Shown here piece by piece: positions 9,710-18,110 of a DNA stretch of 64,000 nucleotides. Where the stretch lies: positions 388,898 to 452,897 of the forward strand of contig CAVQXP010000004.1 in NCBI GenBank assembly GCA_963717935.1. The letters are read 5' to 3'. Source of the stretch: Candidatus Eiseniibacteriota bacterium. GTDB lineage: Bacteria; Eisenbacteria; RBG-16-71-46. Below the pieces are notes generated by a model. It saw only the letters and a program-made list of their open reading frames with translations. It searched no databases and was not told the DNA's origin. Every line of letters begins with the position of its first letter. The first letter of the stretch is position 1. The position numbers were made by a program, and so were the translations under genes.

Positions 9710-10237
9710 GTGCCCCCGGCCCGCTTCCTCACCGATTCGTCCCTCGAGTCGCTGGCCCGCCGTCTGCGCTTCCTGGGCTACGACGTGGTCACGCTCGGGG
9801 GCGCGCGGCTCGAGGAGGTCCTCGCGGCGGCGCGGCGCGAGGATCGCACCGTCCTCACCCTGAGCGCGCGGCGGCCACGACGCTGGGCGGACGTGCGGGC
9901 GATCACGGTCGAGCGCGGCGACGAAGCGGGCGCGGTGCGGAAGGTGGCGGCGTCCTGCGAGCCCGCGGGCCCGCCCTTCAGCCGCTGTGGCGCGTGCGGC
10001 ACCGCGCTCGAACGCCGGCACGCCTTCGAGGCGCGCGGCGAGGTGCCGGGCCGCGTGCTGCGCTCGGCGCCCTTCCTCCACTACTGCCCGATCTGCGGCA
10101 AGTGGTACTGGGAGGGCACGCACGTCGCGCGCATCCGCGAGTGGCTCGAGCAGGCGCTCGGCCGCCCGCTGGCGCCGCCGGGAGACGCGCCGGGGCCGGA
10201 CCGGGACGGCGCCCACGGCTCTGCTCGAGTGGACTGA
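9710..10237 (+). CDS. Mut7-C RNase domain protein (PIN-like nuclease with C-terminal zinc ribbon)
   Basis: GTG start; N-terminus ARFLTDSSLESLARRLRFLGYDV matches the Mut7-C consensus (FL.D.mLg.LaR.LR.lGyD). The C-terminus has CGACG…17…CPICG zinc ribbon. It lies inside the artefactual 1144-aa ORF 6803..10237. Confidence 0.65.
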   Translation: MPPARFLTDSSLESLARRLRFLGYDVVTLGGARLEEVLAAARREDRTVLTLSARRPRRWADVRAITVERGDEAGAVRKVAASCEPAGPPFSRCGACGTALERRHAFEARGEVPGRVLRSAPFLHYCPICGKWYWEGTHVARIREWLEQALGRPLAPPGDAPGPDRDGAHGSARVD

Positions 10238-10331
10238 CGACCAGGCCCACCTCCCACTCTGCATCGCGGCGGGATCGCGGGCGGGTGGGGCGGCCGGCCG
10301 GGGCATTCCACTCGCGTCACGGCCACACGCC

Positions 10332-11201
10332 TCACCGGCTCCGCGGAGTCATCTCCAATACGGCAAGTCGCGTCGTGCCCGGCATGTTTCGACGGACGTA
10401 TTCGAGTTCTTCCCGGTCGTGATACGTGTCGTCCTCGGGCATCCAGTGGAGGGGGATGATGATCGCCGGTTTCACGAGCCCTGCGAAGCGGACCACGTCC
10501 CTGCCCGAGAGCGCATAGGGCTTCCGGACATTCAGTACGGCGATGTCGATGTCGGCAAGCGACTCCATCTCCGGAGTCAGGCCCGTGTCGCCGGAGCAGT
10601 AGATCCGGACCCCCTCGAGGCAGAGGACGAAACCGAGATACCCTGACGCCCCTGGATGGCTGGCGTTGCGGGCGGAAATGCCTTCGACCTCCACGCCGTC
10701 CACATGAGCCGTTTGCCCAGGGGCCAGGGCGACGGCATCCCAACCGGCAAGGGCGCGGACGACTCCCTCGATCGAGACGACTCTGGTGTCTTCCTTCGAC
10801 AGGACCTCGAGGGTCTGCGGGGAGAAGTGGTCGCCGTGATCGTGGGTCACCAGCACGATGTCGGCCTTGGGAAGCGCGTCCACGTCCACCAGGTCGACGG
10901 GATCCAGATAGATGACTCGCTCCTCGCTCTGGATCTTGATCGCGGTGTGCCCGTAGGGATTCGTCGACCGGAGCCAGGCGATCTTCTGGACCAGCCGTGA
11001 GACCTCGTCCCGGCCCCGCGGTGCAGCCACCCGTGAAGTGACGCCAGGCGTTGGAGGAAGAGGCGCACGCGTTCCCGTTGCCGCCGGCGTGACTGAAGCA
11101 GGTGGCGTCGCCTGCTCGACGCGCGCTTCAGCACACCCGGCCAACGACCATGCGACCAGGCCCGGCCAGACCAGCGCCTGGAGTCCCCGCGGATGGTTCA
11201 T
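10332..11201 (-). CDS. MBL-fold metallo-hydrolase, lipoprotein
   Basis: HxHxDH motif (VTHDHGDHF). The ATG at 11201 gives a lipoprotein signal (MNHPRGLQALVWPGLVAWSLAGC with LAGC lipobox); the longer ORF start at 11258 is less likely. Confidence 0.75.
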   Translation of the reverse strand: MNHPRGLQALVWPGLVAWSLAGCAEARVEQATPPASVTPAATGTRAPLPPTPGVTSRVAAPRGRDEVSRLVQKIAWLRSTNPYGHTAIKIQSEERVIYLDPVDLVDVDALPKADIVLVTHDHGDHFSPQTLEVLSKEDTRVVSIEGVVRALAGWDAVALAPGQTAHVDGVEVEGISARNASHPGASGYLGFVLCLEGVRIYCSGDTGLTPEMESLADIDIAVLNVRKPYALSGRDVVRFAGLVKPAIIIPLHWMPEDDTYHDREELEYVRRNMPGTTRLAVLEMTPRSR

Positions 11202-11422
11202 CGTCGTGATCCTCTCTCTGGCTGGAGTACCCCGGTCGGCGGTGGAATCGCCGGCCATGACCTGTGTGACGCTGTCTGTCTTCCGGTCAGAGGCGACATC
11301 TTCAATCCTTTCCGAGTCGGGCCTGCCCCCAGTCTAGCGCGGGCACGAGGGCGCCGGGGCGCGGCGCCACGTAAGGGATCCCGCGCTCGTAGCCCTCCAG
11401 CCGGGCACCGTCGAGGGCCGCG

Positions 11423-11614
11423 TCACTTCGACGAAGAACCGGCCGACGAGGGCCAGCCGGGATTCTGGACCAGCGCGTTGTGCTCGATGAACCTGTCGTC
11501 GTCCAGGGAGATCGCGCCGGCGTGCAGGACGGGCCAGTGCGCCGCGGCGACCACGGCCACCACGAGCGCCAGGGCCGCGACCGGCGCGAGCCAGCGGGCA
11601 GGGCCGGCTCGGGA
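11423..11614 (-). pseudogene. Remnant N-terminal fragment of a TMTC/PMT-like TPR membrane protein (about 60 aa, no canonical start)
   Basis: My hand translation of the minus strand gives …ARWLAPVAALALVVAVVAAAHWPVLHAGAISLDDDRFIEHNALVQNPGW…SSK*. This is a TM helix plus the F/I-x-DD-x-x-[IV]-x-N motif found at N-termini of TMTC-like O-mannosyltransferase/TPR proteins. It is followed by a stop with no downstream continuation. Confidence 0.3.
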
Positions 11615-12030
11615 TCACCGGCTCTCGCGACGCAGACAGCGGCCGCAAGCCCGAGGACCGTGAACAACGACAACCGCCGAAGCGCACCTGTCCTGGTTGC
11701 ACCCCCTGTACGTGGACCGCCTGCTCGGCGGGATCGAGCAGGACTCAACCACGAGCGAGCGCTTCCGCTCTTCCGCCATCCCCGCCGGTCGTGGGGCGGG
11801 GCACGAGCCGCGCCGGGGGAGTCGCGTCGTCACCGTTCAAGCCCAGCCCCGGCCGACGGCGTGCATTCACAGGAATCCAGCGCCCCGGCGGCCGGTTCAT
11901 CGCCGTCGGCCGCGCCGGGCCCGCGCCGGCGCCCCGAACCCGCCTGCGGCCCTGTGCTAGACTCGTCCGTCGTCAGGCCACCGGACCCGCGGTGCGGGTA
12001 CGCCGCTCCAGCCGAGGCACTCCCCCCCGC

Positions 12031-12897
12031 ATGGACCTCAGTCTCATCCTCGTCAACTACAAGTCGCGCGAGCCCCTGCTCGTCTGCCTGCGCGCGCTGC
12101 GGGACGACGCCCGGGCCGCGGGGATCCGGACCGAGACCGTCGTCGTGGACAACGACTCGCGCGACGGCACGCCCGAGGCGCTGGCGGCGGAGTTCCCGGA
12201 CGCGCGGCTCATCGCCAACCGCGAGAACGTGGGCTACGCCCGGGCGGTGAACCAGGGACTGGCCGCGACCGCAGCGCCCTTCGCGCTGGTGCTGAACCCC
12301 GACTGCACGGTGCGGGCCGGCGCGTTGCGCGCGCTGCTCGACCACGCGGCGGCGCATCCGCGCGCCGGGCTCATCGGCCCCAGGATCCTCAACCCCGACG
12401 GCTCGCTCGAGTACTCGGCGCGCGCCTTCCCCGACCACCTCACCTTCCTCTTCAACCGCTATTCGCTCCTCACCCGGCTGTTCCCGGGCAACCGCTTCTC
12501 CCGGCGCTACCTGCTGACCGACTGGGACCACGCCTCGGCGCGCGACGTGGACTGGATCTCGGGCGCCTGCATGCTGGCGCGCCGCTCGGCGGTCGAGCGG
12601 GTCGGCGGCATGGACGAGGCCTTCTTCATGTTCAACGAGGACGTGGACTGGTGCCACCGCATGAAGCCGGCCGGCTGGACCGTGACCTACGAGCCGGCCG
12701 CGGTCGTGGTGCACCACGTCGGCGCCAGCCGCTCGCGCGTCGCGGCGCGCGTCATCTGGGGCCGGCACCTGGGCATGATCCACTACTTTCACAAGCACCA
12801 CCCGACGAACCCGCTGCTCTCGCTCCCGGCCGACGCCCTCATCCTGCTCCGCGCGGGCCTGATGGTCCTGGCGAACGCGCTGAGGCTGCGCGGATGA
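12031..12897 (+). CDS. Family 2 glycosyltransferase (GT-A fold)
   Basis: The internal ATG at 12031 gives the classic MDLSLILVNYKSREPL…VVDNDSRDGT…DxD-like start of 288 aa; the upstream 80 codons of the ORF are Arg-rich artefact. Confidence 0.8.
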   Translation: MDLSLILVNYKSREPLLVCLRALRDDARAAGIRTETVVVDNDSRDGTPEALAAEFPDARLIANRENVGYARAVNQGLAATAAPFALVLNPDCTVRAGALRALLDHAAAHPRAGLIGPRILNPDGSLEYSARAFPDHLTFLFNRYSLLTRLFPGNRFSRRYLLTDWDHASARDVDWISGACMLARRSAVERVGGMDEAFFMFNEDVDWCHRMKPAGWTVTYEPAAVVVHHVGASRSRVAARVIWGRHLGMIHYFHKHHPTNPLLSLPADALILLRAGLMVLANALRLRG

Positions 12898-12937
12898 GCG
12901 GGCTGCGGGCGGACCCCGCGGGACGGAAGGCGCGCTG

Positions 12938-13990
12938 ATGCCCTATTCACTCACGCTCGCACTGGCCGCCTGCCTCCTGATGCTGGCACTCACGCCCGCG
13001 GTGATGATGCTGGCGCGACGCGTCGGCGCGCTCGACCACCCGGGACCGCGCCGCATCCACCGCGTGCCGGTGCCCACGATGGGCGGGCTCGCCTTCGTCG
13101 TGGTGGTGCTGGGCGTGGCGTGGCTGGCTCGCGCGCTGCCCGGGCCGGCGCGCATGCTGGAGATGCGGCCGCTGCTCGGGCTCACGCTGGCCGCGATCCC
13201 GCTGCTCGCGCTCGGCCTCGTGGACGATCTGCGCGGCGCCGGGCCCTGGACCAAGCTCGCGGTCCAGGCCTGCTCGGCGATGGTGCTCGTGCACTTCGGC
13301 TACGGCGTGCCGCTGCTCACGAACCCGTTCGGCGCGCCCCTCGACCTGGGGATCCTGAGCGGGCCGCTGGCCGTCGTCTGGGTGCTGCTGGTGGTGAATG
13401 CCATCAACCTGATCGACGGGCTCGACGGCCTCGCCTCCGGCGTGGTGCTCATCGCCGCGGCCACGCTCTGGTGGGTGGGCCGCACGCACTCGGACCTGTA
13501 CGTGATGTTCATCGCCTCGCTGCTGATCGGCGCCACGCTGGGCTTCCTGCGCTGGAACTTCCCGCCGGCTCGCGTCTTCATGGGCGACACCGGCAGCCAC
13601 TTCCTCGGGCTCGCGTTGGCCGCCGTCGCGCTGCTCGAGAACCGCAAGGAGACCGCGGCGGTGACCCTGCTCTTCCCGCTGGTCGCCCTGGGCGTGCCCG
13701 TCGCCGACAGCCTGCTCGCCTTCGTGCGGCGGTTGGGCAGCGGCCGGCACGTGTTCCACGCCGATCGCGAGCACATCCACCACCGCCTGCTCAGCCTCGG
13801 GCTCTCGCCACGCAGCGCATTGCTCGTGCTGTGGGGACTGTGCGCCGTCTTCGGCGTGACGGCCGTGGTGCTCGCCGCGCAGCCGCGCAGCCTGGCACTG
13901 CTGGTGGTGCTGCTGCTGGCGCTGGTCTTGTTCGTCGTCTTCGAGATCCTCACGGCCATCGGCCGCAAGGGACGCGACCCCGAACGCTGA
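12938..13990 (+). CDS. Polyprenyl-phosphate N-acetylhexosamine-1-phosphate transferase (WecA/MraY family, GT4)
   Basis: 11 TMS with VNAINLIDGLDGLA and FMGDTGS motifs diagnostic of the MraY/WecA superfamily. It lies 41 nt downstream of the GT2 gene, so a polysaccharide-initiation pair. Confidence 0.85.
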   Translation: MPYSLTLALAACLLMLALTPAVMMLARRVGALDHPGPRRIHRVPVPTMGGLAFVVVVLGVAWLARALPGPARMLEMRPLLGLTLAAIPLLALGLVDDLRGAGPWTKLAVQACSAMVLVHFGYGVPLLTNPFGAPLDLGILSGPLAVVWVLLVVNAINLIDGLDGLASGVVLIAAATLWWVGRTHSDLYVMFIASLLIGATLGFLRWNFPPARVFMGDTGSHFLGLALAAVALLENRKETAAVTLLFPLVALGVPVADSLLAFVRRLGSGRHVFHADREHIHHRLLSLGLSPRSALLVLWGLCAVFGVTAVVLAAQPRSLALLVVLLLALVLFVVFEILTAIGRKGRDPER

Positions 13991-14293
13991 ATCGCCCCGC
14001 ACGCGGCGAAGGCCGCCCGAACCGGACCCCGAGGGCGCGGGACCCCGGGGACACCACCCTCCAGACCCCACCACCCGGTCCCGGCCCTGGCTCGACTTCC
14101 GATTTGCACGGTCCGTGCCACCGGCGGACCGCACGCCCGGCGCGCGCGGGGCGCTGCCGGCGCGTCGGGCCACCGTCCATCCGCGTCGGCTCGCCGACGC
14201 TTCCCGGCCCGAGCCTGCCCGCGGAATCGGCGTGCGGCCGACCGATGCGAACGAGCGAGCGCCCCGGTGACGGGGAGGGAGGGAAACGACGAA

Positions 14294-14319
14294 GGCGCGG
14301 GAGGTCGTTCTCCCGCGCC
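14294..14319. terminator. Perfect 10-bp hairpin (GGCGCGGGAG-gtcgtt-CTCCCGCGCC) between convergent genes
   Basis: The inverted repeat read directly in the sequence sits 27 nt downstream of the minus-strand OMP gene stop and 300 nt past the wecA-like stop. Confidence 0.45.
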
Positions 14320-14345
14320 CTCGTCGATTCCGGTCCCCGGGGCCG

Positions 14346-15035
14346 TCAGTACGTGATCGAGTAGTCCAGCTTCACGCTCCAGAGCGTCCGCGACTTCGAT
14401 TCGGTCTCGGCGAACAGCAGCGGCATGTCCGGGCTGGATGGGCCCTTCAGATCGAGGAGCAGGTCGTCGAGCTTGGACCGGTCACCGTCCGGACCCGGGA
14501 AGGCGGGATTCGCGTCCGGCTTGTCCACCGTGGCCATGCGCACATCCAGGCCGAGCAACCCCTGCTTGTGGACCGGGACGTGCATCCCGCAGGCCAGGTA
14601 GCGACCCGGGGTGAAGTTGCTCTCGTCGGCTCCGGTCCGGTAGCGCTTGTGGTAGAAGGCGCCCGCACCGATGCCCGCGTAGGGGTAGACCGCCGCGCCC
14701 CAGCGCGAGTACCGCATCACCTCGAGCGTGAGGGGAATTTCGATCTCCGACGCGGCGCCGAAACGGCCCAGCAGGTCGTAATGGGCGAATGCGCCGACGG
14801 ACCACCTGTCGAGCACGAACCGCCGATAGCCGAACCCGCCTCCGCCCAGCCCGCTGGTCGCTGCATCGCCGGCGGCCTTGGCGTAGCCGGCGCGCACCGA
14901 CATCCACTGGCTGCCCTGCTTCAGAATGTCCCCGGCGGCATCCGAGGAGTCGGCCGCGAACACCGGCACGGCCGCGGCGCCGGCCAGCACCACCGCCATC
15001 AGGGCGGCCGCACACGTCATCCGATACCCGTTCAA
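14346..15035 (-). CDS. Outer-membrane beta-barrel protein (OmpA-like/PF13505-type small porin), paralog 1
   Basis: Signal peptide (MTCAAALMAVVLAGAAAVPVFA), alternating amphipathic beta-strand pattern and Gly/aromatic richness. TTG at 15035 has an AAGGAG box 7 nt upstream; the alternative is ATG at 15020. Confidence 0.6.
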   Translation of the reverse strand: MNGYRMTCAAALMAVVLAGAAAVPVFAADSSDAAGDILKQGSQWMSVRAGYAKAAGDAATSGLGGGGFGYRRFVLDRWSVGAFAHYDLLGRFGAASEIEIPLTLEVMRYSRWGAAVYPYAGIGAGAFYHKRYRTGADESNFTPGRYLACGMHVPVHKQGLLGLDVRMATVDKPDANPAFPGPDGDRSKLDDLLLDLKGPSSPDMPLLFAETESKSRTLWSVKLDYSITY

Positions 15036-15045
15036 TGGTCGCTCC

Positions 15046-15678
15046 TTAGTTTCCGGTGGGCCCGAACCCGATGGTGACCCCGGTCGTCCACAGGCTCACC
15101 TCGGTGTCCCTGGCGTAGATGCGGTGGTAGAGAGCCTCGAATCCGAGAGAGGTTCCGCCCACGACGCGGCAGCGCAGTCCCACCCCGGCGTTGACGCCGG
15201 CCTTGCTCGCCTGCTCGACGCCGCCCAGCGTCGTGCCGGCCGAGGCGGTCGAGACGTCCTGACTGTAGCGGATGGAGTAGGTCCCCGCGCCCGCGCGCAG
15301 GTACGGCGCGAAGCGGCCGCGCTCGAACACGAACGCCTTGGCGTACAGACCGAGTTCGGTGATCGACCAGCGCTCCGCCAGCGTGATGGTCACGATTCGC
15401 TCGGTGCTGGGCTCGAAGATGTCGATCTCGTCCCCGTCGTGCACACCGAGGTTGTTGAAGTAGGTGTAATCCACCCCCGCCGCGAGCCACCGGGTCACCC
15501 GGTAGCCGGCGCTCATTCCCGCCATCATGCCGGACTGGGCGATATCGCTGAACGCGCCGGTCGGCGCCTGGCTTCCCAGCGTCACTGTCACCATGCTCTC
15601 GGCGGCCGCCATGACCGCCTGCGGGGCCATGCACGGCAACAGCAGTGCACTGGCCACCATCATCCACCTCTTCGACAT
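15046..15678 (-). CDS. Outer-membrane beta-barrel protein, paralog 2
   Basis: ATG at 15678 lies 7 nt after GGAGG. Signal peptide MSKRWMMVASALLLPCMAPQAVMAAA precedes a beta-rich body (…GVDYTYFNN…YAKAFVFE…). It sits tandem to the previous OMP gene. Confidence 0.65.
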   Translation of the reverse strand: MSKRWMMVASALLLPCMAPQAVMAAAESMVTVTLGSQAPTGAFSDIAQSGMMAGMSAGYRVTRWLAAGVDYTYFNNLGVHDGDEIDIFEPSTERIVTITLAERWSITELGLYAKAFVFERGRFAPYLRAGAGTYSIRYSQDVSTASAGTTLGGVEQASKAGVNAGVGLRCRVVGGTSLGFEALYHRIYARDTEVSLWTTGVTIGFGPTGN

Positions 15679-15970
15679 CGGACGGCCTCCTCTCATGGCT
15701 TTCCGCGTGCGAATACGTCTGTAACCGGCCCGGTCGGGGCACCCGCAACCGCGGTTTCCAGAGCCGGGCGACGTCGGGTCGAAGCTCCGCCCTACGCCCG
15801 CCGGAAGGCCCGCCTGTGCTGGCGTCAAGACGGGGAAGGTACGGTCGGCAGGGATGCCGAGTCAATGCGACCTCCGGCGACCAGACGCGCAGCCCCGCCG
15901 GCATGCGCGCAACCGCCGCCCCGACGAAAGGGACTTCCCCTGCCGCCCCGCCTTCGCTAGTTTGCACCTC

Positions 15971-16516
15971 ATGTGCGCATGCCGTGGACCGCATCCCCCC
16001 GCCCGTGACCCGTGGTGGCGGGTTTTCGCCCTGCTCCTGAGCGTGATCCTCCTGGTCGGGCCGGTGGGTTGCGGCCGCCGGCAGACGCGCGACTCCGCGC
16101 TCAGCTTCGAGGACCTCTCCGACACCGCCGGGATCGCGCGTGGCGCGCCGATCCTCACCTCGTTCGAGCCGTACCGCATCACCGGCCAGGCGCTGCGCGT
16201 GCGCGGCACCGCGAGCCTGCCCGACGGCGCGCGCCTGCAGGTCTCCATCGTGCGCGTGGCGACGGGCGAAACGGTCCTGGTAGCACAGGTGACGGTCGAG
16301 GACGGGACCTTCGAGACCGCGCCGCTGATGGGCCCGCGCGGCCCGCTGCCGGTGGACCTCTATCGCTTCGATGTGCTCGCGCACTTCAACTCCACCTGGC
16401 AGCCGGAACCGGTGCTGCGGGCCACCCACGACGGCCGCTCGCTCCGGGGTCCGGGCATCACCCGGGGCAGGGGCGGGCAGCCAGCCTTCTTCCTACGCGA
16501 GGAGCGCCGCCTGTGA
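15971..16516 (+). CDS. Hypothetical lipoprotein (first gene of a coupled operon)
   Basis: The ATG at 15971 gives a basic n-region, a hydrophobic core (VFALLLSVILLVG) and a Cys lipobox (PVGC). The stop overlaps the next gene's GTG (GTGA at 16513). I recognise no family. Confidence 0.45.
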   Translation: MCACRGPHPPARDPWWRVFALLLSVILLVGPVGCGRRQTRDSALSFEDLSDTAGIARGAPILTSFEPYRITGQALRVRGTASLPDGARLQVSIVRVATGETVLVAQVTVEDGTFETAPLMGPRGPLPVDLYRFDVLAHFNSTWQPEPVLRATHDGRSLRGPGITRGRGGQPAFFLREERRL

Positions 16517-16542
16517 GCACCCGATCCCAGCGACCGCCCGCG

Positions 16543-17799
16543 ATGCGCTACCGTCCCGCGCGCCGCACCGACGTCGAGACCCTGGCCGAACTCGGGCTGC
16601 TCGCGTACCGGGTCTCGAGTTTCGAGAAGCGCCGCGAGTTCTACACCGACCACCCGCGTTTCTCCCTGCGCGACGTGCGCGTGGGCGAACTGGAGGGGCG
16701 GATCGTCGCCTCGCTCGTGCTCTACCCGCTGACCGCCTGGGTGCGCGGCCAGCGCGTTCCACTCTCGGGCGTGGGCTCGGTCGCGGTCTCGCCCGAGCAC
16801 CGCCGTCGCGGTGTGGGCGAGACGCTCCTGCGCTCGGCGCTGCGCGAGCTGCGCCAGCGCGGCAGCGCCTTCTCCGCCCTGTACGCCTTCCGCGGCTCGT
16901 ACTATCGCAAGCTCGGCTACGGGGTCATCGAGGTCGTGCAGCAGCTCGCCGTCTCGCCCGCGAACCTGCCCGCCTCCGACGAGACGCGCCGCGTGCGCCG
17001 CCTGTTGCTCCCCGACCGCCCCGCTGTCGAGGCACTCTACGAGCGCGTCGCGGCGCAGGGTCACTTCGCGCTGGCGCGCACGCGCGAGTGGTGGGCGCAG
17101 CGGCTGTGGGGCTACCCCGGCGACTGGGTCGTATACGAGGGCCGGCGCCGCGGACAGATCGAGGGCTATCTGCACTACGAGGTGGACACGACGCACGGCC
17201 CGTTCCGCCTCGGCCTCACGCTGACCGAGTTCCTCGCCGCGAGTCCCGAGGCGCATCGCGGGCTGGTGGGCTACCTCGCCTCGCTCGCCGACCAGGTCCA
17301 GGAGATCCACCACGCGGCGCCCGGCGACAATCTCTGGCTCGCCACGCTCGAGACCGCGCAGAACCTGCGTCCCGGCGCCGAGATCGGCGTGCTCCTCGAC
17401 ACCGGTGGCGTGGCGCACGGCGCGATGCTGCGCGTGACCGACGTGAAGGCGGGACTCGAGTCCCTGCCCGTGGCCCCGCACGCGCGCGGCGAGGTCGTGC
17501 TCGACGTGGACGATCCGGTCCTGCCGCAGAATTCGCGCGCGTGGCGCGTGGTCGCGCGCGACGGCTGGCTGCACGTGAAACCCGAGGCCGCGGGGGCCGG
17601 GCGCCCGCCGAAGGCAGCTCGCGTGCGCCTGCCGCGCCTGAAGGTGCCGGCCGACGCGCTGGGGCCCCTGCTCGCGGGCACGCTCTCCGCGACGGGTGCG
17701 GCGGCCGCCGGGCTCATCGAGTCGAGCGGCGGGGCCGAGGTCGTCGAGTCCTGGTTCCGCACCAAGCCGGCGTTCCTCTACCCGATGAACGTGTTCTGA
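16543..17799 (+). CDS. GNAT acetyltransferase, Eis-like (GNAT + second GNAT-like + SCP2-like C-terminus)
   Basis: 418 aa with the GNAT acetyl-CoA motif (VAVSPEHRRRGVGETLL) and the length and architecture of Eis/Acetyltransf_9 proteins. An alternative GTG start at 16513 overlaps the upstream stop. Confidence 0.75.
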   Translation: MRYRPARRTDVETLAELGLLAYRVSSFEKRREFYTDHPRFSLRDVRVGELEGRIVASLVLYPLTAWVRGQRVPLSGVGSVAVSPEHRRRGVGETLLRSALRELRQRGSAFSALYAFRGSYYRKLGYGVIEVVQQLAVSPANLPASDETRRVRRLLLPDRPAVEALYERVAAQGHFALARTREWWAQRLWGYPGDWVVYEGRRRGQIEGYLHYEVDTTHGPFRLGLTLTEFLAASPEAHRGLVGYLASLADQVQEIHHAAPGDNLWLATLETAQNLRPGAEIGVLLDTGGVAHGAMLRVTDVKAGLESLPVAPHARGEVVLDVDDPVLPQNSRAWRVVARDGWLHVKPEAAGAGRPPKAARVRLPRLKVPADALGPLLAGTLSATGAAAAGLIESSGGAEVVESWFRTKPAFLYPMNVF

Positions 17800-18110
17800 T
17801 GGGTGACGTCGGGAAGCGCTCGCGGCGCAGGTTCCTCGGGTTGATCGCGGCCGGCTCGGCGGCGGCGGCGGCGGCCCCCGCCTCGGCCCTGGCGCGCGTG
17901 GTCACACCGAAGAAGAAGCCCGCGAGGCCGGGCCCGGGTCCGCGTGGCGGTGCGGGCGTGACGCCCGCCGTGGCCGAGGAGATCCGCAGGCAGAAGGCGA
18001 TGGTGGAGCAGGCACTCCGGGTGGTGCGCGACTACCCGCTGCCGCCGGGGAGCGAGCCCGCGTTCGTCTTCGCGCCGCTCCGTGCGTGGAAGAAGGGCGG
18101 CCAGCCGTGA
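17799..18110 (+). CDS. Small Tat-signal protein (103 aa)
   Basis: The ATG overlaps the Eis-like stop (TGATG). SRRRFLGLIAAGSAAAAAAPASA is a textbook twin-arginine signal, followed by a 70-aa mature part. Its stop overlaps the amidase GTG (GTGA). Confidence 0.55.
   Translation: MGDVGKRSRRRFLGLIAAGSAAAAAAPASALARVVTPKKKPARPGPGPRGGAGVTPAVAEEIRRQKAMVEQALRVVRDYPLPPGSEPAFVFAPLRAWKKGGQP

Noticed and set aside
6803-10237. 1144-aa plus-strand ORF
   Set aside because: It is a frame open by chance across EmrB and antisense to the nitroreductase. Only the final 175 codons (Mut7-C) look like real protein; the rest is Arg/Gly/His low-complexity.
17864-17886. (GCG)n trinucleotide tract
   Set aside because: It encodes the poly-Ala h-region of the Tat signal peptide inside a CDS, not an independent repeat element.
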